From an uncultured Chloroflexia bacterium (GTDB taxonomy: Bacteria > Chloroflexota > Anaerolineae > Anaerolineales > Anaerolineaceae): a stretch of 32,000 bases of DNA. The translations under genes were made by a program, and so were the position numbers. Below, piece after piece: positions 14,555 to 23,526 of the stretch. Below the pieces are notes generated by a model. It was given only the letters and a program-made list of their open reading frames with translations. It was not told the origin of the DNA and did no database searches. The DNA is taken from positions 1,530,001 through 1,562,000 of the forward strand of contig OY969938.1 in the NCBI GenBank assembly GCA_963704755.1, in the 5' to 3' direction. Numbering within the stretch: position 1 is the first letter of the stretch; every line of letters begins with the position of its first letter.

Positions 14555-14702
14555 TTGCCATCCATTAATTCCATCGGGCATTAATTTTAATTCATTCCCG
14601 GTAAGACAATCCCTTCTTACTCATTAATCAGATCCGTGACGGCATCTGGGTGCACGGGTTTTATATCCTTAACGAATTTATTTAGCTATCAAGAGGTGCT
14701 TT

Positions 14703-16331
14703 TTGGCAGTTGACCTCCCTTTGCTCATCGAGGACCTCTCTTTCCGCTATCGCAGCCGGGAAGAATTCGCCATCCAACACATTAACCTGTCGGTCGAACC
14801 CGGCCAGGTGGTGCTGATCGCCGGCGCCAGCGGCTGCGGCAAAACCACCCTGGCCCGCTGCATCAACGGGCTGATCCCGCGCAGTTACAAAGGCGAGTTC
14901 CAGGGCCGCATCCTGCTGCAAGGCCAGGACATCAAGGCCTTGACCCTGGCCCGTATTTCACAGATCGTCGGCACCGTGCTGCAAGACCCCGAACGCCAGA
15001 TTTTGGGCTCGATGGTCTTGAATGAGGTCGCTTTCGGCCTGGAGAACCTGCACCTGGAGCGCGACGAGATCCGCCAGCGGGTGGACGAATCGCTGGCACG
15101 GCTCAAAATCAGCGATCTCATCTACCGCCAGACCCATTACCTTTCCGGCGGCGAAAAGCAAAAGGTGGCCCTGGCAGGCGTACTGGCCATGCACCCGCGC
15201 CTGCTGCTGATGGATGAACCCCTGGCGTCTCTCGACCCGGCGTCCGCCGGTGAAGCCCTGGATGCATTTCGCGGGCTGGCCGACGAAGGTATGACCGTCC
15301 TGCTGGTGGAACACCGCGTCGAGGATGTGTTGCGCATCCACCCCGAGCGAGTGCTGTTCATGAAAGACGGGATTATCCGCTACGACGGCACCGCCGAACA
15401 CCTGGCTGAAAAAGTGGACTACCACGAAGTGAAGCTGCCCGCCCCCATGATTCTCAAGCTGGCAGCCAAAGACCCGCCCCCACCCGAGATCAAACCCCTG
15501 CCCTCGGCTGCCTCGGCAGCCGGTGGGAAGCCATTGGTGCAGTTTAACGACGTCGCCTTCGGCTACGAGGACGGCCCGGAAGTGCTGCACGACATCAACC
15601 TGGAGATCCGCCGCGGTGACGTGATCGCAGTGTTGGGGCCGAACGGCGCCGGCAAAACCACCCTGGTCAAACACGCCATTGGCCTGCTCAAACCCCGCAG
15701 CGGCCAGGTTCTGATCAACGGTAAAGATACCCACAGCGCCAGCGTCGCCGAAATCGCCTCGACGCTGGGATACGTCTTCCAAAGCCCCAGCCATATGCTG
15801 TTTGCTCCTACCGTACGGGAGGAGCTGGCCTTTGGCCCCACCAACCTCAAACACACCCCCGCAGAAATTGGAAAGGAGGTACAGGAAGCGATAGAGATCG
15901 TCAACCTGCAAAGCTACGAAGAAACCCCGCCCCTGTCTATGTCCTTCGGCCAGCAAAAGCGGGTCAGCATCGCCTCCATTCTGGCCATGCGTTCACGCAT
16001 CCTGATCATGGACGAGCCGACCGCCGGACAGGACTACAAGAATTACATTGACTTCATGACCTCTATCTTGCAATTGCCGGGGTTCGAAGCCGTCCTTTTC
16101 ATCACCCACGATGTCGATTTGGCCGTCATTTTCGCCAACCGGGTGCTGCTGGTCAACCAGGGCACCCTGGTGGCCGACGGCGCCCCCCAGGACGTGTTGG
16201 CCGACCTGGATCGCATCCGCCAAAACCGGCTGGTGCCAACTTCTCTATTGCAGACCAATTTGAAATATTTTGCCCAAACACATCATTTTTTCAGCGCTGA
16301 AACGCTGGCCCACCGTGTGCCGGCCCAATAA
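14703..16331 (+). CDS. ECF transporter ATPase, fused duplicated EcfA-EcfA' (YkoD-like architecture)
   Basis: There are two ABC cassettes. Walker A motifs are GASGCGKTT and GPNGAGKTT, signature motifs LSGGEKQK and MSFGQQKR, Walker B motifs LLLMDEP and ILIMDEP. TTG start, with AAGAGGTG at 14691-14698. Confidence 0.85.
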   Translation: MAVDLPLLIEDLSFRYRSREEFAIQHINLSVEPGQVVLIAGASGCGKTTLARCINGLIPRSYKGEFQGRILLQGQDIKALTLARISQIVGTVLQDPERQILGSMVLNEVAFGLENLHLERDEIRQRVDESLARLKISDLIYRQTHYLSGGEKQKVALAGVLAMHPRLLLMDEPLASLDPASAGEALDAFRGLADEGMTVLLVEHRVEDVLRIHPERVLFMKDGIIRYDGTAEHLAEKVDYHEVKLPAPMILKLAAKDPPPPEIKPLPSAASAAGGKPLVQFNDVAFGYEDGPEVLHDINLEIRRGDVIAVLGPNGAGKTTLVKHAIGLLKPRSGQVLINGKDTHSASVAEIASTLGYVFQSPSHMLFAPTVREELAFGPTNLKHTPAEIGKEVQEAIEIVNLQSYEETPPLSMSFGQQKRVSIASILAMRSRILIMDEPTAGQDYKNYIDFMTSILQLPGFEAVLFITHDVDLAVIFANRVLLVNQGTLVADGAPQDVLADLDRIRQNRLVPTSLLQTNLKYFAQTHHFFSAETLAHRVPAQ

Positions 16332-16341
16332 TTCAAACCGG

Positions 16342-16402
16342 GTGACCACTCGCTCTCCCGCGGATTGTTACAGGCCTTTTCACCGCGACCCCGAGTAGTT
16401 AC
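16342..16402. mobile_element. Short core-less MITE-like relic
   Basis: It runs from GTGACCACTCG to GAGTAGTTAC, which resembles the outer arms of copies A and C but has no palindromic core. No clear target duplication. Confidence 0.4.
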
Positions 16403-16444
16403 CCAATCGCATTCATCGCCCAAAGGATTTGGAGGTTTCATACC

Positions 16445-17374
16445 ATGCGTAAACTTACGTCTGTCATTCTCTCCATTGTCGCTGTTTTCGTATTTTTCCT
16501 CGGAATCGTCTGGATCGGCGGCCTGATCAACCCGGACCTGAAGCTGGACGAGACCGGCGTGCTGCGCTTTGCCTTCGTCGCCATTGGCCTGGTGATCGTC
16601 TTCCTGGTCTATCTCATCACCCGCCAGAGCAATATCTGGGAAGTCGGCACGCGTGAAGTGGTCTATATGGCCATTGGTGCGGCCTTGTATGCCATTTTGT
16701 CCTTCCTCTTCAACGGCACGGTCTTCGTGGTGCCATCGGTCAGCCAGGTGTCCCTGCGCCCGGCCATCGCCATTCCCATGTTCTTCGGCTACGCCTTCGG
16801 ACCGGCCGTGGGCCTGTTTACCGGCGCAGTCGGTAACATGTTCGGCGATGCGCTCACCGGCTTCGGACTTTCGCCGCAATGGTCGGTGGCCAACGGCCTG
16901 GTCGGGATGATCGCCGGCCTGGCCCTGCTCTTCCCCGATCGCAAGAAGGGTCTCAACACCGTCCTGATCGTCAGCTTTGTGGTGGCCGCTCTGGCGACCG
17001 TGTTCTACCTGCTCAATACCAACGTTGCCAACCTGAACTTCTACGACCCGGCCAATAACATCTTCGGCGACGCGACCATCAGCGCCTTCGCCGGCTTCTC
17101 GGTCGTAATTGGCTTCGCGCTGGTGCTGCTGGTAAGATTTATATTCGGCAAGAACATCGACGTGGCCGCGGCGGTCACCTGGAGTTTGCTGGGCAACTTC
17201 CTGGGTATCGCCTTTGCGGCCATTTCGGATATCTGGATCAACGGCTACCCGCCGGCCGTAGCCATCGTCGGCGAGTACCTGCCGGCTGCCGGCCCGAACG
17301 CGATCTTTGCCGCCATCCTGGTCCCGCTGCTGGTGGCCGCATACGCCGCCGTCCAGCGCCAGACCGGGCGCTAA
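16445..17374 (+). CDS. ECF-transporter S (substrate-capture) component, specificity unknown
   Basis: 309-aa polytopic membrane protein lying between the ATPase and T genes. It has a TREVVYMAIGAALYAILS-type S-component helix and a GPAVGLFTGAVGNMFGD motif. GGAGG lies 9 nt upstream of the start. Confidence 0.6.
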   Translation: MRKLTSVILSIVAVFVFFLGIVWIGGLINPDLKLDETGVLRFAFVAIGLVIVFLVYLITRQSNIWEVGTREVVYMAIGAALYAILSFLFNGTVFVVPSVSQVSLRPAIAIPMFFGYAFGPAVGLFTGAVGNMFGDALTGFGLSPQWSVANGLVGMIAGLALLFPDRKKGLNTVLIVSFVVAALATVFYLLNTNVANLNFYDPANNIFGDATISAFAGFSVVIGFALVLLVRFIFGKNIDVAAAVTWSLLGNFLGIAFAAISDIWINGYPPAVAIVGEYLPAAGPNAIFAAILVPLLVAAYAAVQRQTGR

Positions 17375-17435
17375 ACGGACTCGCTTTGCGTGAATTGCGT
17401 CTCCGCCGCAATTCACACAAAGCATATCAAGAGGT

Positions 17436-17533
17436 GTAACGCGTAAGCAAATGTGGAAGGACCCCGAATTTGAGGTATTTGCTGAGGCATTGCCTCAAAT
17501 TCGGGAACTTACATATCTGTGCAGAGTAGTTAC
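17436..17533. mobile_element. MITE-like element, copy C (core-1 variant)
   Basis: Ends are GTAACGCGTAAGC and CAGAGTAGTTAC. The core arms are 17463-17475 and 17493-17505. Its flanks are CAAGAGGT (17428-17435) and AAAGAGGT (17534-17541), a 7/8 match. The right-hand copy serves as the SD sequence of ecfT. Confidence 0.75.
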
Positions 17534-17547
17534 AAAGAGGTCCCTTC

Positions 17548-18420
17548 ATGCTGGTTACCTGGCGCTACCAGAAGCGTAATTCACTCATCCAATCCTTCGA
17601 CCCGCGGGCCTGGATCATTTTCTTCGCCTGCTACCTGGCCTGTACGGTCTTATTCTGGGACCTGCGCTTTCTGCTAATTTTGTTAGCCCTGGCGCTGGTG
17701 GTGGTTTTCACCTCGAAAATCCCCTTCCGTGAAATGCGCCATGCCTGGATCTTCATCGGCGGTTTCGTGGTCTTTTTCTCGGTGCTGACTTTTCTGACCG
17801 GGCGCGGGGGCATCGAGCTCTACACGACCGAGCATCTCATCGCCCGCTACCAGGCCTCTTTCACCATCCTGGGTTGGCGGCCCACTTTGACGATCACGTC
17901 CGAGAAGATCATGTATTCCATTTCGATGCTGGTACGCGTGTTCAGCCTGGCCAGCATGACCATCCTGATCCCCTATTCGCTCAACCCGGCCCATTACGGC
18001 ATCACTTTCAAGGGCCTGGGCCTGCCGGATAAAGTGGCCTACGGTATGGACCTGACCATGCGCTTCATCCCCTCCTTTGGCCGCGACTTCATGCTCACCC
18101 GCGACGCCCAGCGCGCCCGCGGTTACGAGCTGGAAAAATTGAGCGGCGGGTTGATCGCCCAGGTGCGCAAACTGGCTCCCCTGATCGTCCCGGTGACCAT
18201 CCACGCCATCGTCAGCAGCGAGGATATAATCGACGCCATGGATCTGCGCGCTTTCGGCATCGGGCCGCGCACCTGGCTGGAGCAGCTCCACTTCCGCACC
18301 CGCGACCGGGTCCTGCTCGTCGTCGGGATCGTTATGCTGGTGATTTGCATATCCCTCTCGCTGTTCGGCATCGGCAAATTCTGGGTTCCGCAGTTCCTGA
18401 TCCGCCTTGCCGGTGGATAA
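17548..18420 (+). CDS. ecfT: ECF transporter T component (EcfT/CbiQ family)
   Basis: 290 aa, polytopic. It carries the characteristic Ala-Arg-Gly coupling motif (RDAQRARGYE) and a second DAMDLRAFG motif. Confidence 0.85.
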   Translation: MLVTWRYQKRNSLIQSFDPRAWIIFFACYLACTVLFWDLRFLLILLALALVVVFTSKIPFREMRHAWIFIGGFVVFFSVLTFLTGRGGIELYTTEHLIARYQASFTILGWRPTLTITSEKIMYSISMLVRVFSLASMTILIPYSLNPAHYGITFKGLGLPDKVAYGMDLTMRFIPSFGRDFMLTRDAQRARGYELEKLSGGLIAQVRKLAPLIVPVTIHAIVSSEDIIDAMDLRAFGIGPRTWLEQLHFRTRDRVLLVVGIVMLVICISLSLFGIGKFWVPQFLIRLAGG

Positions 18421-18426
18421 ATCTTG

Positions 18427-18515
18427 AGAGAGGGGTGTTTTTAATGATTCTCGCGTGCTTCGCACGCGAGAATCATTAAAAACACCCCTCTCTTTTGCGG
18501 TAGCCGAATTGTTGC
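18427..18515. terminator. Core-2 perfect 32-bp-stem palindrome with a degenerate right MITE arm, probable ecfT terminator
   Basis: 18427-18458 pairs with 18462-18493 across loop ttc, followed by ctcttttgcggtag and ccgaattgttgc (compare ctgagcagttac). It starts 7 nt after the ecfT stop. No left outer arm is present. Confidence 0.65.
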
Positions 18516-18700
18516 TTAAAAGTTATCTGTTTTTAATAATTAAGAGTTAGTATTAAGTGAATAGTGTTGTGGGGTCATCACTAAATCATTAATAAAATAA
18601 GAAGGGTTACTCATACAGGCTAAATCACCAGTCCCGTCATTATTTTTATACACCTGCGTCTGCTAGCCCAATATCTTTCAACCGCGAAAGGGGAGAATTG

Positions 18701-19051
18701 ATGGAAGATATCGATCAGCTAAGTTCTGAGGTCGGCGCCCTCGAAAACGAAATAGAAGAGATCGAACTCCAAATGAAAGAGGTACACAATAAAGCCCAGG
18801 CGACCGTGGGAAGGAGCGCGTTTGGCGGGATCAATATTCTCTTTGGTGTATTTGGACTGATTTTTTTCTCGAAATTATGGTATCTTTGGGCAATTCTCCT
18901 GGCCATCGGTTCGCTGGCTTACTTGAGCGCAAAAGCTGCCGACCGCAGGTATAAACGCGAAATAACCGGGCTTCAGGAACAAATCTCGGTTATTCGCGAA
19001 CAACTGAGCACCAAACAGGCTCACCTGGCTACGTTCCTACATTTACGGTAG
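18701..19051 (+). CDS. Hypothetical small protein (coiled-coil, two TM helices, coiled-coil)
   Basis: AAAGGGGAG precedes ATG 18701. The gene and its 200-bp upstream region are visibly more AT-rich than their neighbours. I did not recognise a family. Confidence 0.45.
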   Translation: MEDIDQLSSEVGALENEIEEIELQMKEVHNKAQATVGRSAFGGINILFGVFGLIFFSKLWYLWAILLAIGSLAYLSAKAADRRYKREITGLQEQISVIREQLSTKQAHLATFLHLR

Positions 19052-19068
19052 GCAGGCAGCCTTTATTT

Positions 19069-21975
19069 TTATAGAATTTTCTCGACCTGCATGTCCTGTT
19101 TCGCTGCGCTGGCCTGGATCGATTCGGCCGTGCCCAACACGACCACGTCGCCTTTTTGGCGAACTATGTCGAGCACATCCGCGAAGGCATGAAAATCGGC
19201 GCTGGAAGTGGCCAATACCTGGTCGCGGATGCGCTGGCGTTCCTCGTCACTGTACCCGGTCATGTAACGCAGCAAAGCCGAATAGCCTTTGGCATCCGGG
19301 AGCTGGTACCCATCGATATCCCCGATCGCACCGATGATGGACCGGGTCAGCTCGTCTTCGCTCAGGTCCAGGTTGCGCAGAAAGTCCGCCGCGCCGTCGT
19401 AGGCGGCCAGGGTCTGGTCTACGTTCGGGTCGCGGTAGGAAACATAATTCAACACCCCACTATAATGGTCGAAAGTGGTGAATCCGCCGTAAGCCCCACC
19501 CATAACCCGGACCTTTTCCCACAGGTAGGTATTGCGCAGGTACGGCAGAATCACGAAAGCCGAACCTTGCAGCTTATACCCCTGCTCGAAGATATTGGCC
19601 CCCTTGCCGACGAAGTTGACCTGTGAGGGCAGGGTCCAGCCTTCCGACCGGGGATAAGCGGCCGGTTTCCAGATTTCAGCCTTCAAGGACCGCTCGGGCA
19701 GCCCGGCGATGAAGCGCTCGATCGACGGGCGGCATTGGGCAAAGTTAGCCTCGTCCAGGGTCAGGTTCACCAGGCTGGCGCCGCGGGTGAACAGGCGCTC
19801 GCGGATATCTTCCAGAATGGCCTGAACACTCGCCCAATCGCTATCGATTTCCTGCTGCAAGCGCCGTAAAAAGAGCAATTGGGTCAATCCGCCGGTCTGT
19901 TCATTGGCCCAATTGGCTTCGTTGAAGTGCGCCTTCAGGCGGGTATTGATCATGATATGGCCGGCATCGGTCAGGCCGGATTTGTAGGATGCCTTATCCT
20001 CCAGCACCATCTGGCGGATACGTTCGCGGTTGTCCAGGCGGGCATTGAATATCGTTTCTCGCAAGATATCCAGCAAATCGTCCGTCTGCCCGGCCATGAC
20101 TTTCCCGCGCAATATCAGCCAGGCTGCGCTTCCGGCCGATCCACGTTTGCCCGAGATGAAGGTAGTGGGATGGATACCGCCCGTTCGCTGGCCGATCTTC
20201 TGGATGAGCTGGACAAAGTTCAGGCTGGTCGTGCCGGTTTCCAACAAAGCCCGGCTGAAGAGCGGCAAATACGGCAGCCAGGCCGGTGGCAAGCTGTGCA
20301 GGTCGAAACCCAGGTCGAGGTAAGCAATTCCATTGGTGAACAAATCGTGGAACAGAATCTTTCCACCTCCGGCAGCAATTTCCTGGCCGGGAACCTTCTT
20401 GATCAAGGGCTCCAGGTCGCTGCGCTGTAACATCGGGATGGTCGCCAATGCTTCCGGGCTGTCCGGGGTCTGCTGGCGCTGTTTGAGATCCTGGGTCGCC
20501 GCCACGATTTCATCGATCTGGGCAGGATTCATCCCGGCCCGCACTTTGGCGATGCGTTCCCTCTCGCGAGCCGCGCGCTGTTTACCCAATTCCGGGTCCG
20601 GCTTGAGCAGTACCACCGCCCGGTGGGTGTTTTGCAAGAAATACGTGCGGATCAGGTTCTCGAAATAGGGTTCGCCCTTTTCCAGGTGTGATTTGACGCC
20701 TGCCAAGGGCGCTTCGAACGCCAGGGTATGGATAGGATCCTGGTCATACAGCCAGGTGTGCAGCGAGCGCAGCATCAGCGATAAGCCGCGCGGGAAGGAG
20801 CCGGTGTTATTCTCACGCAGGTGGAACTCCACCGTGTTTAACGAAGCCGAGACGGTATCCGGATCGATGCCTTTGTCCGCCAGGTCTTGCAGCGTGTCCA
20901 GGATCAGCTTTTCGGTCGCGGCCGCCTTGTCTTCCTGGATGCCCTTCAAGCCGGTCGAAAACATCGGCTGGCGGAAATCTGTGTCCAGGCCATTACCGGT
21001 CAGGTCCTCGCCCCAGCCCGAGTCGATCAGCACCTTGCGCAGCGGCGCAGCCGGCGTCCCGATCAAAATATATTCCAAAATTGCCAGACCCAACGAGGTT
21101 TCCGCGTCGCTTTGCTCAGGCAGCATCCAGTTGACGCATACCTGTGCGCGCGGGTTTTCATCCTCCCCACAGTCGTAGAATACCTCTTTGCGAACCGGCT
21201 GGGTAAACGGCTTTTGCAGGCGGATGGACGAATCGATCGGGCGTTTCTCATACCCGGCCAGGGCCTTGTCGATCAAAGCCAGGCGCTGGTCGGGGTCGTC
21301 GTCGCCATAGAACCAGATACGGGCATTGGTGGGATGGTAGTAATCCTGATGGAAGGATTTGAACTCCTCAAAAGTCAGGTCTGGGATGATCTCAGGATCT
21401 CCGCCGGAATCCAGGCTGTATAACGTATCCGGGTAGAGCGCCTTGCGGCTCTGGTCAGACAGCACCGAATCGGCCGAAGAATAATCGCCCTTCATTTCAT
21501 TGAACACCACTCCCTTATAGGTCATCTCGCCATCTACCGCATCCAGCTCGTAATGCCAGCCTTCCTGCGCCAGGGTATAGGGCGTGATAAAGGGATGAAA
21601 AACCGCGTCGAGGTACACATCGATCAGGTTATAGAAATCCTGCAAATTGGCGCTGGCCACGGGATAGCAGGTCTTGTCCGGAAAGGTAAACGCGTTCAAA
21701 AAGGTATTCAAAGAGCCCTTGATCAGCTCCACGAACGGCTCTTTGACCGGGTATTTCTCGGACCCACACAGCACGGAATGCTCCATGATGTGGGCCACGC
21801 CGGTCGAATCCGGCGGCGGCGTGCGGAAAGTGATTCCGAAGGTCTTGTTTTCGTCCTCATTTTCCAGGCTTAATAACTCAGCCCCGGTACGGATATGCCG
21901 CCACCGGCGGACACGCGTTTTTAATTCAGCAATCTGCCGGTCTTGCAGCAGTTCGAAACCATGTACTTCAATCAT
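19069..21975 (-). CDS. M16C-family zinc metallopeptidase (PreP/falcilysin-like insulinase)
   Basis: 968 aa with the inverted zinc motif HIMEH (HxxEH) near the N-terminus and a four-domain length typical of M16C. AGGAGG lies 9 nt before ATG 21975. Confidence 0.9.
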   Translation of the reverse strand: MIEVHGFELLQDRQIAELKTRVRRWRHIRTGAELLSLENEDENKTFGITFRTPPPDSTGVAHIMEHSVLCGSEKYPVKEPFVELIKGSLNTFLNAFTFPDKTCYPVASANLQDFYNLIDVYLDAVFHPFITPYTLAQEGWHYELDAVDGEMTYKGVVFNEMKGDYSSADSVLSDQSRKALYPDTLYSLDSGGDPEIIPDLTFEEFKSFHQDYYHPTNARIWFYGDDDPDQRLALIDKALAGYEKRPIDSSIRLQKPFTQPVRKEVFYDCGEDENPRAQVCVNWMLPEQSDAETSLGLAILEYILIGTPAAPLRKVLIDSGWGEDLTGNGLDTDFRQPMFSTGLKGIQEDKAAATEKLILDTLQDLADKGIDPDTVSASLNTVEFHLRENNTGSFPRGLSLMLRSLHTWLYDQDPIHTLAFEAPLAGVKSHLEKGEPYFENLIRTYFLQNTHRAVVLLKPDPELGKQRAARERERIAKVRAGMNPAQIDEIVAATQDLKQRQQTPDSPEALATIPMLQRSDLEPLIKKVPGQEIAAGGGKILFHDLFTNGIAYLDLGFDLHSLPPAWLPYLPLFSRALLETGTTSLNFVQLIQKIGQRTGGIHPTTFISGKRGSAGSAAWLILRGKVMAGQTDDLLDILRETIFNARLDNRERIRQMVLEDKASYKSGLTDAGHIMINTRLKAHFNEANWANEQTGGLTQLLFLRRLQQEIDSDWASVQAILEDIRERLFTRGASLVNLTLDEANFAQCRPSIERFIAGLPERSLKAEIWKPAAYPRSEGWTLPSQVNFVGKGANIFEQGYKLQGSAFVILPYLRNTYLWEKVRVMGGAYGGFTTFDHYSGVLNYVSYRDPNVDQTLAAYDGAADFLRNLDLSEDELTRSIIGAIGDIDGYQLPDAKGYSALLRYMTGYSDEERQRIRDQVLATSSADFHAFADVLDIVRQKGDVVVLGTAESIQASAAKQDMQVEKIL

Positions 21976-22068
21976 TGGAAAATACCTCCTAAAACCGAAC
22001 CATGTGCGCCGGAATGGCGCTATAAGGAATGGGCTCTCGTTGCATGCCCGAAATTATTTTGAAACCTC

Positions 22069-22180
22069 GTAACTACTCAGGCTTATGTTAGAAATTTCCC
22101 GAATTTGAGGTGTTTGCGGGGGCGAAGCCCCCGCAAACACCTCAAATTCGGTTTTCTTACCTGATAGGCTGAGCAGTTAC
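22069..22180. mobile_element. MITE-like element, copy D (core-1), with a perfect 8-bp target-site duplication
   Basis: Ends are GTAACTACTCAGG and CTGAGCAGTTAC. The core is a perfect 25-bp stem, 22099-22123 against 22127-22151, with loop gaa. It is flanked by GAAACCTC at 22061-22068 and 22181-22188. Confidence 0.85.
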
Positions 22181-22260
22181 GAAACCTCAATTGCAACCCA
22201 GGTCCCGCGACTCAGGACAGGCGCACGGAAACGCCGGCGCCGGAAAAAACCTGTGCGTTT

Positions 22261-23472
22261 TTACGCGACAGCTTTTCTTTTTTCCGGTAAGCGAATTATA
22301 AAGAATAAACCGGCTAAAATGACAATACTGCTGACCAAATAGGCGTAGTGCATACTGAACAGGTCGGCAACGCGCCCGACCGAAACGGCCGAGATGGTCT
22401 GGCTGAGGAAACTGATGGCCATGAAAATGCCGTTCGCCAGGGCCCGGTTTTCAGGGTAGCTCTCCTGAACGATTGCCATCAATGCCGGTGGGGAGCACAA
22501 CAGGGCAAAACCCAACCCCAGTAAAATAGGGTATTGCACCCAACCATTCGAGATCAGCAGCAGGAAAATGAACAGCGCCGTAAAAGCGACCGAAAAGGCC
22601 AGCACCGGCCGGCGACCCAGGCGATCCGAAAGGCTGCCGCCCAGGAAAGCCCCCACCACCCCGGCCGCCTCCATGACCGACAGGGAAACTCCGGCCAACA
22701 CCAGGCTGGCGCCTTTCTCGGTCAGGTAAGTAGGCAAAAATGTGCCGACGCAGGCGTTGGCAAACGAACGGGCAAATAAATAGCCGGCCACCGGGAGGAT
22801 TACCGGCCACATTTTCCGGAGTGCTTCACCCCAGGGCATATCCAGGCCGTTCTGCGGTTTTACCTCGCGCACCTTGCCCAACTGGATATACAACATTATC
22901 GAAATGATAACGCCCAGGATCGAGATCAGCGGGGTACGATCGGGTCCCAGGTAAGTAATGGCGTTCACGATGATGATCGGGCCAATGGTCCGGCCGATCT
23001 CACCGCCCACCATCCAGAAGCTCATTCCCAGCCCCAGGCGATCGCCAGACAGGCGCCCGGCCAGCACCGGCCCGGTGGAGTGCAGCACGGCCGAACTGAA
23101 GCCGGCTACCAACAAGAACAAGGCCACCAGGATATACGACGGCGCCACGCCGATAAAACTCATGGCGATAGCCGAAATCGCCGGGGTGGCAGCCACGAAA
23201 ACCCGCAGGGCCTTGCGGTCGGCTGCGTAGCCGATGAACGGCTGTAACAGGGAAGGCGCCTGGATAAAGACGGACAAAAGCCCGGCTTGCATTTTTGCCA
23301 GGCCAAACTTTTCGATCAACACCGGCAGCAACGGCGGCAAGAACGCGGTGAAAGTATCGTGCAGGCCGTGGCCCGCAGCGATTGTGGCTACCAGGCCGGT
23401 ATTGAATGAATTGGCCGGTTGAGGTGCTTCTATCAATATTTCAGGTGAGTTCTGCGCAGTCGTATTTTCCAA
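22261..23472 (-). CDS. MFS transporter (Fsr-like)
   Basis: 403 aa, about 12 TM segments, with an N-terminal GHGLHDTFTAFLPPLLP...QPFIGYAADR pattern. TTG start, with GGAG 5 nt upstream. Confidence 0.75.
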   Translation of the reverse strand: MENTTAQNSPEILIEAPQPANSFNTGLVATIAAGHGLHDTFTAFLPPLLPVLIEKFGLAKMQAGLLSVFIQAPSLLQPFIGYAADRKALRVFVAATPAISAIAMSFIGVAPSYILVALFLLVAGFSSAVLHSTGPVLAGRLSGDRLGLGMSFWMVGGEIGRTIGPIIIVNAITYLGPDRTPLISILGVIISIMLYIQLGKVREVKPQNGLDMPWGEALRKMWPVILPVAGYLFARSFANACVGTFLPTYLTEKGASLVLAGVSLSVMEAAGVVGAFLGGSLSDRLGRRPVLAFSVAFTALFIFLLLISNGWVQYPILLGLGFALLCSPPALMAIVQESYPENRALANGIFMAISFLSQTISAVSVGRVADLFSMHYAYLVSSIVILAGLFFIIRLPEKRKAVA

Positions 23473-23526
23473 AGATACTCCAACGGCTTCCGCCCTATGC
23501 TCTACTGATCATGGCAAAAAGCAGGT

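Noticed and set aside
14286-14561. 91-aa minus-strand ORF in the long non-coding region.
   Set aside because: It overlaps the strong plus-strand promoter, has no SD sequence, shows no recognisable motif, and begins inside repeat-derived sequence.
14555-14702. Assigning the ECF leader to a known riboswitch class (TPP/THI-box, THF, preQ1, cobalamin, FMN).
   Set aside because: I could not find any of the conserved cores I remember (for example CTGAGA...ACCTGATCTGGATAATGCCAGCG for TPP). I left it as an unclassified leader. An Rfam scan is needed.
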